DNA of 63,806 nucleotides, filler included, from Thelocarpon superellum (GCA_026025795.1; 3 parts of 3 records of this genome joined end to end with filler, not necessarily neighbours in it), one strand, 5' to 3'; counted from the first letter of the whole stretch, positions 37,321 to 49,884 are shown. The notes: generated by a model from the letters alone, not told the origin. Numbers and translations are program-made.

Positions 37321-37880
37321 GTGGAAGGTTGGGGGGAAGAAGATCAAGATGGAGACGGAGGGACGGTGTGGAGGGGATGACAGACAGTATAATGTCTGGC
37401 TTTCTTCGGAGCATTCATGACTGGAGTGGAGAGCAGCGGGACGCTCGGGAGGATTTACATGCCTTTCGTGTACGGCTAGATATGCACACGCTACCACAGG
37501 CATTTCAACGTTCAACATAGATTGAGCACTGTGCGCATAACTCTCCGCGGTGATCTCAGCTCCTATCTTAATTCTACCCAGAAAAGAGCATATTTGACTG
37601 TGCGTCTGCACGGATAGGCTGAAATCTCTGGTCCAGTTCAACTGAGCTCGGAAAGAGAAAAGAGCAAATGCGACTTGAGAGGAGGCGGGGAGTATTCTCG
37701 ATAAGATTTGGCGGACAACCCTAGGGTCGATGACTTCGCTTGCGCGGGAAAGAAAACGGGCAAGTTGTGACGAGCGCCAAGACCGCACACAACCTCTCGC
37801 GAATATTACCACCAGCATCCCTTTCGAGGCCTCCACCAACGACCAGCCATTCGGCCCATTGAATCACCAAGTCGCTCACG

Positions 37881-38842
37881 ATGAGGTACATTCATTCCTC
37901 TGAGACCCTGACGGTCCCCGAGAATGGTAATCTCCCCCCATCCCCAGAAGCGTCCACGGTCATCCTGGGAGGTCTGCGGTGCAGCCTCCTCCAGACCCTC
38001 TCGTCCATCAAAGCGACGCGATACTCATCTTGTCCTCCTCGGTTCCAATCGCTAACACACGTTCGTGATATAGTCAAGGTACACATCAAGTCACGGATAG
38101 TTACGGTGGAAGGACCACGAGGTACAGGCACAGTGACAGGGCGTGGATAGCCAGCCGGCGGACGTGGCTGACAGAAGCGACAGGAAAACTGGTCAAGCAC
38201 CTCAATCACTTGGCTGTGTGCTTCTCGCACCCCAAGAAGGACGTGATCAACATCGAGCTTCATCATGGCGCGCGCAAGAACGTGGCGACGCTGCGAACAG
38301 TACGGACGATCATCCAGAACCTCATCATTGGTGTCACGCGCGGCTTCAAGTACAAGATGCGATATGTCTACGCCCATTTCCCCATCAACGTCAACCTTGA
38401 GAAGAACAACGACACTGGATTGTACGAGGTGGATATCCGGTAGGCCTTACCTTTTCCTCGCAGCTCGTGGTGGAGACACCGTCCACAAAGGTAGCAGGCA
38501 GACTAACGAGATGGCCCTGGCTAGAAACTTCCTGGGAGAGAAAATTGTGCGACGAGTGACGTTACAGCCGGGCGTGGAGGTGGAGATCTCGAAGAACACC
38601 AAGGACGAGATTGCTTTGTCAGGAAACTCGCTGGAGGGCGTATCACAAAGCGCGGCGGACATCCAGCAGATCTGCCGGGTCAAGAATAAGGATATTCGAA
38701 AGGTAGGCGCCTCTTATTTTCCCCTTTTCCTAGATGTGATTATCCTATCGTCCATGCTGGGCCCGACTGACGAGGACGTTCCTGATGGCAGTTCTTGGAC
38801 GGTCTCTACGTGTCGGAGCGGGGCAACATCACGGAAGCGTAG
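37881..38842 (+). CDS. RPL9: 60S ribosomal protein L9 (uL6)
   Basis: [95 protein letters not shown]; four introns. Confidence 0.96.
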
Positions 38843-39295
38843 AGACGGAGGCCGGGCCGAGAAATGGTGGAGTTCATCTTCGCGCGGGCTGTAGTTCCTG
38901 GGCCGAATCGCCTAAAGCAGCTACGTCAGGCAGGGCTGCCAAATACATTCCGTTCCACCTCAGCACATATCGCTCCAGCTGGGACTGAGGCTGCGACTGC
39001 CACTGCCACTGCCACTGCCACTGCAAGTCTCTTCTCATGACACCCTCCCTGCCGATGCGTAGGAGAGTGCGCGCACCGATAGTTTCACTAGCGTAAAGAC
39101 GACGGGGGCTTACTGTGCCCGCTTGTCCTAGTGCGCATGTTATGCCATATGGTACTCGTAGACGAAAGTGCAAGACAAGCTGGGACGACTCGACGCCAGG
39201 TACATGAATTGAAATAGGCGTAAAGTCAAGCGTACCAAGACGAGATGCACTCATTCAATAGACATGGAAGAGCAGACAATTGGGCTCGGCAGACA

Positions 39296-42200
39296 TCAAA
39301 GCAGGCTCTCGTACTGGTCGAGGCCCGTTTTCTGCTGCGGTGCTTTCCCCATTGGTGCAGAGCCCGTGGCCAACCCGCCCATACTCCCTCCACCACCCAG
39401 ATTCATGTTGCCGAATTTTGGCGCCAGTGCTCCGCCAGTGCTATTGGCTGCGGCAAAGGCAGAAGTGGTGGTGGCAGCGCTGGGGACGCCCATTCCGGGT
39501 CTTGATGACTGTGCTGATGCCATGGATGGTGGCGGCGGGATGGAAAAGGCGTTGTACGGTGATGGCTGCGCGGCAAAGGTTGAGGAGGATAACGTAGTGG
39601 TGGAGGAGTGGGGTGGAAGGGTGGAGAAGGCAGATGTGGACGTCGTCATCCCTAACGGCTTAGACGTGTTCATGCTCCCTAGTGTTGCCAGCGACGGACT
39701 GGATGTCGTGCGTTGTCCATTCCAAGGAGAGGAGGACCAGTTGGAGGCTTGCTGCGTCTGAGGCTGCAAGGGTTGGGCGAGCGGTTGGGTGGACGATGAG
39801 GACGGCGTGAGGGTCGTAAAGGAACTGAGGTCCGGTGTGATTGATCGTGATGATGAGGCTTGCGGGGTGAGAGTGCCCATCCTGAGGGACTGCCGATGAT
39901 CATAGGGTACCGCCGAAGATGTGGCTGCTGGCGTTGACCACGAGAAGACGGGCGTGTCTGATCGAGTGCCTGGCTGCGGATTTGATGCTTTCGAGACGGC
40001 GGAGTTCCAATCGCCGTCAACGGCGTCGCTGCCTCCAGCGTTGCCGGTTTGCTTGCCCAGGACCAGCCGCTCAAAGTCATCGTCGTTGCCGCCATTGACG
40101 CCGTTGCCATTGCTTGGAGAGGTGAACGACATGATATCATCCGTTCGAGCGATCCGTGATTCGCTGGCAGACGTCGAGGACATTTCTTGGAGCTTTCTCG
40201 TCTGCTCTTGCTCCACCCGACCCGAGAGCTGCTTGATCAAGTCCATGAATGATTGGAACTAAGCACTTGTCAGACATATATGGCCGGGAGACCATCCAAC
40301 AACCTCACCTGTTGCAGGTTGAGCAATGGACCTAGCCCCATGGTCCACAACAGCGGAAGCACGTCCATGGCAACAAAGTCATAGTCAGCAATGCGGCCGA
40401 CTTGCCTGAGCACATTCAAGGCAGCCATCTAGATGATAGGTCAGGCCAGCCTTGGGACTTCTTGGGACCTTCAGACCTACCATAACCGCCGGCTCCTTGG
40501 TTTTTATGGCCTTGAGTAGGGGGATCACCTTCTCCTGTACTGTATACTTATCAAGAGCTGTGGTGCCAGTCTTCTTGGTGGGACTCGACGGCCCACTGAT
40601 AATGCCGTTGAGGCCGTCTTCCGTCGATGATTGCTCGGCGGAGGATCCCCCGCAGAGCACCGTAAATGCCTCCAAGCCCCGAACTTTGATCCCCAAGCTA
40701 CTCGTCTTAGTGAAGACAGCGGCGACCTTAGGGAAAAGCTCATTCTTGATAGTGGAAAAGTCAAGTGCCGGCAGTACCGTGGGCAGCGACCGGAAGGAAG
40801 CGTCCACGAGCGCATGATTGGTCGAGTCGATAGCCATGTTCAGGATCGGCAATACGTCTATTTCATGTCAGTCTGGGAACTCTCGATACCTATGACCTTA
40901 CCATTCTTGAAATCTTTGGCCGAACAACTCTCAATGACCGTTGGCATATTCTCAAGGATGATCATGAGACCCGCCTCTTTGCCCGTGTCACGTTCCGATG
41001 CAGCTCCCTTTAGCGGCGCGGAGGTCGAGGTCGTGGTCGTGAGAAAGACCTCCTTCAACCGTGGCAAGGCTCTCTCGGTGAAGGCGCGACGACCAGATGG
41101 CAGCATCTGAATGATCTTGAAGATATTTGGGAGGATGAGCGAGAGCAGGTCGCGGTCCTTGAACTCCTCCAGTAGCGCTGGAAGGACTTTCTTTTCCAGC
41201 ACGGGCTTGGGAAACTGCGGAAGCACCCGGCCTAGACCCCTCATGAATTGCGACTTCTCGTTCGGCGTCTTTGCAGGCAAAGAATCCAAGAAGCGGATAG
41301 AGGAGACGAGGATGTTGTCAAAGTATTGTGACTGCTGGAACTCTCGCGCCGTCATCCGCTGTGCTGGACGTCTCGCGATCATTCGTGGAAGCACTGTTGC
41401 GGTGAGGTCCTTCGGTATGGGTCGTGATGAAAGGAACTGATTGTGTTGAGTAGGGGTGGTGGACGAGGAACTGAACAGGCGCTTGTACGTGGAGGCGCTG
41501 GAATTCGTTTGTAGAGGAGAGACGTGAGGGGAGTTGTAGAGCGCGACGATCACAAGGCCGAGCGAGAAGATATCGGCGGAAGGGGTCACGGTGGCATCCA
41601 TGACGAAGTCGGGGGAGGAATAGTCGAGGTTCAGCTGGACGGACCGGGGTAATCGAGGATCATGATGAAGGACCTCGGAGAGTGATATCGGAGCAACGGA
41701 AGTGGGAGTGCTCGGATTGTCCGGCGGGCCAGAGAATGCGAGTCCTGATAGCTTCCAGTCCGACTGTGCAGAACATCTTAGCATCCAACCTTTGGACGGG
41801 GGACCGGGGCATACCTTGGCGTTGATGAAGACGGCCTCTGGGGTGAAGTTCCCGTGGACGAGGCCAGCGCTCTCGTGCAGAAATTCCAGCGCCTTAGCCA
41901 TCTGCAAGAGACCCTTTTGGATTTCCAATTCGTCAATCTCGAGGTCTCTCCTCCGCCGTCCGCCTCCGTCTGCATCCTCGATGACGTAACGGCTCGCGCG
42001 GCCGCCTACACCTCCCGCCCGCTCCTGCGCGTCCTTTTCTTCTAGAAGCCCAGCCAAGGAGGCAGTCACCTGCTCCGTGGCAAACATGAGGCCGCCACTA
42101 CGTGTCTCTTCGACGGGTTCGACGAGCTCGAGAATGCTCGGGTGCCTCAGCCGTGCGAGGGAGCTGGCCTCTTTCTTCAGTCGATCGATGGCCTCATCGT

Positions 42201-42414
42201 GGATCTTCTTCATCGACGCCCCGCTCGAGCGACTCAAGCCGGAGTGTGGATCGAGCGCCTTCCGGTCGAAGACAAAGACGGACACGGTTTTGCCCGTTGA
42301 CTTCTTCTTGGCATCGTGGATCTTCCACGGGCCGGCCCGGGAGGTGGGATTGGGCGAGAGGGTATAATTCGAGGTGATGTTTGATGAGAAGGATTTGAGC
42401 GCCGACGAAAACAT
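39296..42414 (-). CDS. SCY1: SCY1-like pseudokinase (SCYL2 type) with HEAT repeats and low-complexity tail
   Basis: GPWKIHDAKKKSTGK, LKKEASSLARLRHPSILE, LEFLHESAGLVHGNFTPE, DWKLSGL, C-terminal GLDQYESLL*; several GT-AG introns. Confidence 0.9.
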
Positions 42415-42704
42415 CCTGTGTGTTCACGTCCAGGAACTACTGTAGGTAAGGAGAGTAGGCGGGGTTGTGACAGTCGTTTCTCAGTCCATCGCTATCTCTG
42501 ACGACTGGGGCCTGGAGATGGTCAGTAGAGCCTCTCACGGTCCGATGCACCTCATACAGCACTGCCGACGGCATGTCAGAATTTCGGAAGCTGGGCTGGC
42601 AGCCACTCACGGCAATTAATCATCCTGAAATCGAGTATCGTCAAGCTCACATAGACTCATGTCGACCGACCCCTTCCCTGCTCTAGATAAGTTCGGTTGG
42701 TCGG

Positions 42705-42804
42705 NNNNNNNNNNNNNNNNNNNNNNNNNNNNNNNNNNNNNNNNNNNNTTAATTAATTAANNNNNNNNNNNNNNNNNNNNNNNNNNNNNNNNNNNNNNNN
42801 NNNN
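42705..42804. other. Artificial contig spacer (44N-TTAATTAATTAA-44N)
   Basis: Identical in structure to 21336-21435. Confidence 0.97.
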
Positions 42805-43438
42805 AGCAAGTTGGAGAGGTGCCGTCTACCATGATTGCACGTGGGGGTTTCGCTAGAGGGGCGAGGACGAACACAGTAGCCGGCCCTATTCGAGACTCTC
42901 ACCCCATAATTCCTACGGCGTACGAGAGACCCAGTATCCCTAGTCGCACTTAGGTGGCCGGCAAGTGTCTACGCCACAGTTTTGGTGGTGGCGGCACCTT
43001 CCGCCTGCACGGACTCGTGCTGCGTGCTGCGTGCTGCGTGCTGTGTGCTGCCCGCCTCGAATCGTTGATGACTGCTTTTCAAATCGCAGTCATGGCCATC
43101 CTCGACTGGTTTCCCCTAACCGAACGTGTGGCCCGAATAAAGGGTGACTTTATCGTTCTGATCTTTTACTACAGTCGAACCGATATGAACGGCATGGATC
43201 GCTCATGCCTCTGTCGCTCTCTCTATGGTCCCATGTCCTATGATCCGTGTTTCCAGTTCCATCCGCCATCGCCATCGCCATCGCCATCGCCATCGCATCT
43301 CCGTGGACTCCGGCAATGACTGACCGACCGACCGACTGCAGGACAGACAGAGGAAGAAAAGATGCAAGGATGGAACAAAAAAGAAAAAGAAAAGAGGGGG
43401 TAAGTGGGTATAGAGAGATAGGGACAGACGTAACGGGT

Positions 43439-46060
43439 TCATGAATGAGCTTTCGGTCGAGGAATCACCGCCACATTGCTGCCCGGCGCATAAGGGGCGT
43501 CGGTGATGTGCGTGACGTTCATGCGACCTTGGTGATCGACGCCGTCTTCGGGATGCACCAGCACGCTGGCCCCGATGGAGGCCGAGTGTGCGGGACTGGG
43601 CATGAGGAGCTGGTACTTCAGCACGCCGCGGACGATCAGCTCGAACGGGTGCTGAATCACCCGCTCCCACCGCGCCGTCCCGCCCTCTTCCGTCTTGTTG
43701 CCCGGCTTGGCCAGCCGCACTTCGCCCACCGACATCGATCGGGCGTGCTGGAAGGGCGAGCCCTCCAACGACGGGGCCGAGTCAAAGCGAAAGATGCGTC
43801 CGAGGAGCATCGTCTGCGGATCGCCGCCCGGGTCCTCGATCGGATCGTTGCCCTCGTCGATGCCCGCCGGCTGTGGTTGCAGCTGCAGCGTGTCGCTACC
43901 CACGTACCGGCTCTTGGCAAAGACGTTGACATCCATCTCGCTGATGCTGACCGCCATGAAATTGGGGTTGACCGCCGCCACCACCAGGTCGAGCATGATC
44001 TCTTGCTCGCTCGCCAGCACGTTCTGGATCTCCTCCACCCGCACATCCCGGAGCGTCTTGCTGAGGGCAAACAGCACCGCCGTCGACACCAGCACCACGA
44101 GGAGCACTAAGAAGCCGACTCCGAGGCAGCCGACGGACCAGGCCAGGCAGCGCCGTTGCCGCGTCTCCTGCTGATACTCCGCCTGCCGGAGACTGCTCCC
44201 GCCCGGCCCACGGTGCGCCCGGCTCCGGCTGATGCGCACCGACCCCATCAGCGGCGTGTCCTCATCCGCGCTCGCGCTCTCCAGGTCGATGTTGTACGAC
44301 TCCACCGGCCCCGCCTTCTTGCCCGAGCTGCCGTTGACCGTCCAGTGAGGCCCCGTGCGCGGACTGGACGGCCGCGACGACCGTCGCGGACTGTAGCCGC
44401 TGCCTGACCGGAGCGCCTTCGCGTTCTGCGGAAAGGGCGATTCGCTGTCGAAGAGCGACGTATGCTGTCCGCGACCGGGCCGGCCCCCGTGGCCCAACTG
44501 ATGGTGGTGATGATGCGCCGTGCCCGTGCCCCGACCGCTGCCGCGCGCCGCCGTCGGCGCATTGTCCCCCGACCCGCCATCCTCCTCCACAACGCCGGCC
44601 GGGTAGGGATTGTGGACGAATTTCATGCTGCGCTTCCCGCCCACGCTGTGCGTGCCGTTGCCGCCCCCCCGGGGCCCCGAGCGCGGCGGATGCGGATCCA
44701 TCTGGCTCTGGATCGACGTGGCGCTGGGCGTGCGCGAGTGGTGTCGCGGACGGATGGGTCGCGGCTCCGGCGGGTTGGACTCGTACACAAATGTCTCCTC
44801 CGAGTCGGACGAATTGGCCTCGTCCACGGCGCTGGCGACTTTGGCCTCGAACACGTCGGCCTTGGACGTCCCCGTGCCGGCGTTGACCGACGGCGCTTTC
44901 CGCATCGTCTTCTTCTTCTCCTTCTTCGGCCGGATGGTCTCCGTGCTAGGCTTGAGCCGCACGCTGGCGCCGTCGATCCGGTTCGAGCCGGCGCGGTCGC
45001 CGCCGCCCACCGCCACCTGCGGGATCGAGCTGACCGTCTCCGTCTCCACCGTCATGCTCTGCATGGCCGCCTCGCTGCCGCCTTTCCCCTTGATCGTGCC
45101 GCCGCCTGTCTTGGACCGGGCGCCCGCGGCCGCGCCGTTCTTGACCTTTTCCCGCTCTTCGCCCTTATTTCCGCCGCTGTCGCTCCCGCTCTCGGTCACG
45201 GACTGGAGACCACCCGCTGCAGCGGCGGCGGCGGCCTCCTCTACTGGATTTTCCGTAATCTTCTCTGGCCACTCCTCCTCGACACGTCCGTTGCGTCGCG
45301 ACCGCGGCCCGTCGCCCGGGGCATCCGAGGGGACGCTCCCCTCCTGCACCGTCTCCAGCGTGGAGCTAGTGGCGCTGACGCCGCGGGCCGAGGATCGCAT
45401 CACCAGAGGCGACGCCGACTCCTCCCCATCCGTATCCGAGGTGGAGTTGGAGGCGCTGGCGTGATTGACGGTTTGCGGTCGCTGCACCAAGATCTTGGCC
45501 GTGGGCGAGGCGGCGTCGATTTTGCGGGGGGTATGCGACGGCGTGCGTCCTGGCGGCGGGGACTTCAGACGGGGAGAGGTGGGCCAGTGTGGGACCGTGT
45601 CGAGGGCATCGGCGCTGGCCACCTTGGGCAGCTTCGAGGGTTGAGCCGCCGGCTCTGACTGCACGGGCGGCGGGAGGACGGTGATGTTGGCGGTAGAGAG
45701 GGCGCGCTGGACGGCAGCGGCCGAAGGCACCGAAGGAATGTGCGTCGCGGAGCCCAGTGGCGGATTGCTGGAGATGTGGGTGGGACTGGGATCGTGACTC
45801 TGCGGCTGGCTTCGGAGGCCGCTGCCCGCGATGGACGGTCGAATGGGAGAGGCTTCGCGGGAGGACCGTGGTGAGGCCGTGGCGGACTTGGACCAGCGTC
45901 CGGCGGGTCGGGGCGATTTGAGGGAAGTCGCCGGGACGCTGGGGTTGTGGGACTTGGATGGAGTCATGCTCGGGGCAGGCGAGGAATGATCGGGTGCAGG
46001 CGCGGCCGTGGTCGGGCTGAGCCCGCCAGGCACGGCGGTGCTACGAGCGTCGGCGGTCAT
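43439..46060 (-). CDS. VAC7: Vacuolar segregation protein Vac7 (Fab1 activator)
   Basis: MTVETETVSSIPQ, SKADVFEAKVASAVDEANSSDSEETFVYESNPP, single TM, IQNVLASEQEIMLDLVVAAVNPN, PFELIVRGVLKYQL. Confidence 0.9.
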   Translation of the reverse strand: MTADARSTAVPGGLSPTTAAPAPDHSSPAPSMTPSKSHNPSVPATSLKSPRPAGRWSKSATASPRSSREASPIRPSIAGSGLRSQPQSHDPSPTHISSNPPLGSATHIPSVPSAAAVQRALSTANITVLPPPVQSEPAAQPSKLPKVASADALDTVPHWPTSPRLKSPPPGRTPSHTPRKIDAASPTAKILVQRPQTVNHASASNSTSDTDGEESASPLVMRSSARGVSATSSTLETVQEGSVPSDAPGDGPRSRRNGRVEEEWPEKITENPVEEAAAAAAAGGLQSVTESGSDSGGNKGEEREKVKNGAAAGARSKTGGGTIKGKGGSEAAMQSMTVETETVSSIPQVAVGGGDRAGSNRIDGASVRLKPSTETIRPKKEKKKTMRKAPSVNAGTGTSKADVFEAKVASAVDEANSSDSEETFVYESNPPEPRPIRPRHHSRTPSATSIQSQMDPHPPRSGPRGGGNGTHSVGGKRSMKFVHNPYPAGVVEEDGGSGDNAPTAARGSGRGTGTAHHHHHQLGHGGRPGRGQHTSLFDSESPFPQNAKALRSGSGYSPRRSSRPSSPRTGPHWTVNGSSGKKAGPVESYNIDLESASADEDTPLMGSVRISRSRAHRGPGGSSLRQAEYQQETRQRRCLAWSVGCLGVGFLVLLVVLVSTAVLFALSKTLRDVRVEEIQNVLASEQEIMLDLVVAAVNPNFMAVSISEMDVNVFAKSRYVGSDTLQLQPQPAGIDEGNDPIEDPGGDPQTMLLGRIFRFDSAPSLEGSPFQHARSMSVGEVRLAKPGNKTEEGGTARWERVIQHPFELIVRGVLKYQLLMPSPAHSASIGASVLVHPEDGVDHQGRMNVTHITDAPYAPGSNVAVIPRPKAHS

Positions 46061-47722
46061 GATGCGCTATTGCTGGCCCGGCTGCTGATCTGGCACCGCT
46101 CGAGTGGCATCTGGGCTGGCGACGGAGCAGCGCCACGGCGCGACTCCTCAGGGTAGGGAAGGGCGAGGGCCGAATGGAGAGGAGGCGGTCTGACCGGCTC
46201 ACGGAGGCTTATTGGGAGGCATGCGAGGAGGGGAGGCGAGGGACCGTCACGTCACGTCCGGAAAGGTTGGCAGGTTGGTTTCGTCGGAGCTTGTTGTTTG
46301 GACTTTGGGGGTGGGCGTGTAGGAGCGTGTGGGTGGTGGAGGAGGTGCAGGGAAGGAACGAGTTGGGTACAGAGAGGCCGACGGGGTACCTCCGGATGGC
46401 AAACTGTAAACCTGGCACCAATGACGGCGTGATGACTTCCTGACCTGAGCCGCCAAGTGGGCGGTCGGCCAGCGGCGACGGCCGACGGGCGCCAGGGGGC
46501 AGGGGGCCGAGGGCGTCCGTGCGAACGACAACGACCCGCTGGCGATTGGTTGCCGGTCAGTTACAGTTACAGTTACAGCTGCTTCCTGTGTCAGCGGGTC
46601 GGTGGGTTGGTGGGTCGGTGGGCTGGTGCGCCTGTCGGTCGCGCCGTAGTCGTAGCGTCGCTGCGCCGTCAGTGTCGGAGGCGACCGCCCAAGATGCGGT
46701 GGGGTTTAGTGAGAGTTGCCCAGGCTCTAGATCGCTCGTGCGATCGAGAAGGGAAGATGAAGTTGGACAGATGTGACGCCCCTGCTTTGTTGCGACCGGA
46801 GCAAGTGTAGCCTCAGCGATGACGACTGGACGCAGGTCGCATGAGCTCTTTTCCAGGTGTGACCGACGCTTCCTTCCTTTTACTTGCCAGGCTACCAGTC
46901 CGCAGCCTTCTGGGCGCGCTTCACCGCAAGAGCCGAGACATACAGTAATTACGAGTACACCGCATCTCTGCCTTACCAGCACGACTCTGCAGGCTCAGCT
47001 GGTCATGCATGTACGGAGATGTGCCGCAAACGATGGCCATCCATCTGCCGCATGCGAGATGATCTATGGCTCATGACGACGAAATGTGACTGTTGCGATG
47101 TCCCGAATTGCATCTCCTCGAGAGTCGGATACTTGTGCATCGCCTCGGTCAGGCAGTAGTGCACCGTCTTTCTGTTCATGGTCGGCGCCGAGCGGGCCCA
47201 CTTGAGCCGAACAAAGGTGGAGCCTGGCCGGGGCCAAATCCACGGCTCCACTATCGGCCACACTTCTGCGCCCCGCCTGCGGCTCGGTTACTGTTGGACA
47301 GCGTGCGGAGCACAAGCACTGCACATTGACTCGTGCCTGCAGTGTGCACTTACTCTGAGTATTCGTGGTTCGAGCGAGGAGTATTCGTATGGTGCGGAAT
47401 GAAGTACTTTGTACATCGACTAAATACTTCTACTAGAAGTAAGATAGTATCTTCTTGGCCCTCTGCCTTGCTTTCTCCCTGCGACGCCGCTGCACTGAAG
47501 ACGACGTCATTGCTTCACTTTGACGTCTCCTGCGTCAAATGAAAGCGCATGACCGTCCGTGCAGTACCCCACCTGTTATCAAGATTCCCCCAGTTTATCG
47601 TAGCCTTCAGATCCATTCTGATCGCTGCGAATACCTACCTCGCACCTGAATGTTCGAAAAAAGGCGCATCACTGCCTGGCAATCACGGACTTGGTAGTTT
47701 TGGGAGCCGTAGCTGATCCGTC

Positions 47723-48260
47723 TCACTCCAACTTACCAATCCTCGAATGCGCCAGCCAACGCTTTTGATCGAGGCATAGCTCATCAAGGTCCAGCGAGAT
47801 CCTCGCAAACTTGAAGATGGTGCCAAGCGCCGTCGTCGGCTTCTGTCTGGCCGTCCGTAAAATGGATCTGGCATGGCGCTGTGACAGACGTCAGAGTCTC
47901 GTATGCCGCCAGTCGCCGGGCATCCGCTTCATTCACAACCTCATACACATGCCCCTCCACCACCACGCCCGCACGTGTATTCATGACGGCGGAATACGGA
48001 CCCCATGATTTTAGGGCACATCCCATGACGTTCGCGGCGCGCATGATCGGAGGCTCAGCTAGTTTGATGACTTCGGACAACATGGAAGCGTGGGCTAGGG
48101 TGCTGTAGAACAAGCACGGTCCAATCGGCCGAGAAGTATCATCTTGCGTGCACACTATCTGATGAAATGATGATGGCGGCGTAGGAACAGGCTGGAATTT
48201 GCTTCGTCTTGAGGCACCTCTGCTACCTTGACCATGGCATTGGCGATGGGAGGTTTCATG
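47723..48260 (-). pseudogene. Degenerate gamma-glutamylcyclotransferase/AIG2-like gene
   Basis: CLFYSTLAHASMLSEV...WGPYSAV...VVEGHVYEV...RLAAYET...PCQIHFTDG resembles fungal GGCT-like proteins. No ATG in the core frame, a stop at 48155-48157, and the plausible C-terminus (GTIFKF...LD...W) lies in another frame after a CAGA duplication at ~47842-47849. 5' boundary approximate. Confidence 0.6.
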
Positions 48261-49229
48261 TTATCTGGGTCACGGCTGGTCGACCTGCCGGTCAGAACAG
48301 AATAAGGGAGATGGGCGAATAACGCTGGTTGATCTCTCAACACCCCAGAAAACACCAGAGCACATTTAGTGAAGAAGCGTTGAACATTCGCTCTACCAAT
48401 CCTATCTTCGGATCAGCTCCACTTCACCACTACGACAAGAAACATGATCATCAGTGCCGGGCCGCTCTTGGCAGTAGGGAGACACGGAAGGAGTCAAAAG
48501 TCTTCGTATTTGAAGCAAGTGTCTAGGCGAACCGAGGCTGTTGTGAGTCAGGCAAGAGTTTCCGGTGCTGCTCGTATCACGAGTAGGAGGTAACATGCAG
48601 GCAGTACCTCGTACCCTACGTGCGGCGAGGAGCGCTGGTCGCGTGTCATAGCCGACCGTGATCCTTCACCGAGGTCATGTGGCCCGGGGTCAGCCACACG
48701 CGGCGTCGCCAGGGCAGCCTGATCCTCACCCAGGACACGCGAGCAAAGCCGTCGTTGTAGGCGTGTCGCTGATCATCTCTTCCATCACTGCTGAAAACAG
48801 CCGGTAGGCAGCCAATTGCGAGTAGCACACTCTCTCCCGAGGCGAGACCCTGACGAGGGGTATCGATTTGACACGTGAAGCGGCCACGTCAGGTCCGGGC
48901 ATGTAGAACAAGCATTTGCTCTCTACTCCGGTAGTACCGGTCGCTTATCGACGATGTGCTGGCAAAGGGGCAGGAATGGACCCACCCCATGACCTCCACA
49001 TCGTTGACGTGCGCTCCCAAACGGGTGTCGAAGGCGTAGAGTGGAATATGGGCATATGACGCGAGGCATCGTCACGCATTCCAACACAGGGAGCAAGCTC
49101 CATGTTGATGTGTATCGATGGGAGAGGAGAGAGCCGCGTTGCACGACCGAGGCGAGGTGACGCACACCGGCGATCAGGCTAATGTACCGAGTACCGAGTA
49201 CCTACCGGCCAGGCTTCCGGGACACGCCC

Positions 49230-49884
49230 TTTCGCGTAACGCATACAGGCGTAGCTTGTTTTGGTGGCGAAGGCGATGCCGCGTCTGATTGGCCCTCGGA
49301 ACGAGATGGATGGATCGAGTCAAATCTACGAGCGTCGGGAGGAAGTCAACAGACGCGTCGCCCCAGGATTTGATATTGACGGCGTAGCCAATTCCCGTTT
49401 GCCCCATCTGACCCACCATTTGACCCTGCATCAGGACCTCCATGATTGCGTGCGTGTCCATTGTGATCGTCTACCGTTTCCCAGCTTCACCACGCATTCC
49501 TCGTGTTTGACGAATGTAACGCCTGCCCGTCCCCAGCACGCATCAAGCGCACCGCCCGCGGCGCGCACGCTTTCCAAGTCCTCGCCACCGTCCACCATCG
49601 CCCCCATCACCGCCATCGTCGCGGCAATCGTCGCGGCGACACAGCGTCACCCAGGGGCTGTGCGTGTCAACAAGACCTGGTGTTTTCATCGCAAGGGATG
49701 ATCAAGGTGCAACAGCGGATGGACCAACCTCATGGTGTGCAGCATCGGCCGTCCGCCTCCGCCTTCGCCTCCGCCCACGCCCATCCCTCAGCCATCGTCC
49801 AGCTCATTACGGCCGCCTAATCGCGACGCATTCCTTCGACATTCCTCCCATCACCACCCACCCATCACACGGCCACTTTCGCGT
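49230..49884 (+). promoter_or_regulatory. MCB/SCB-like elements upstream of SWE1
   Basis: TTTCGCGT at ~49230 and 49877-49884, ACGCGT at 49353-49358. Fits G1/S control of Swe1-type kinases, but such words are common at this GC content. Confidence 0.3.

Noticed and set aside
39095..39116. GACGACGGGGGCTTACT resembling RNase MRP CR-V
   Set aside because: No upstream GAAAGTCCCC-type CR-I to form P4; lies between the convergent RPL9 and SCY1 3' ends.
42825..43010. ATTGCAC (U1A/U2B''-like loop) plus AGTTTTGG and a small hairpin suggesting an snRNA
   Set aside because: No U1/U2/U4/U5 signature sequences, non-canonical Sm site, weak stems.
49261..49701. ORFs upstream of SWE1 (48600-49900)
   Set aside because: No domain, splice structure or coding bias; treated as promoter/5' leader.
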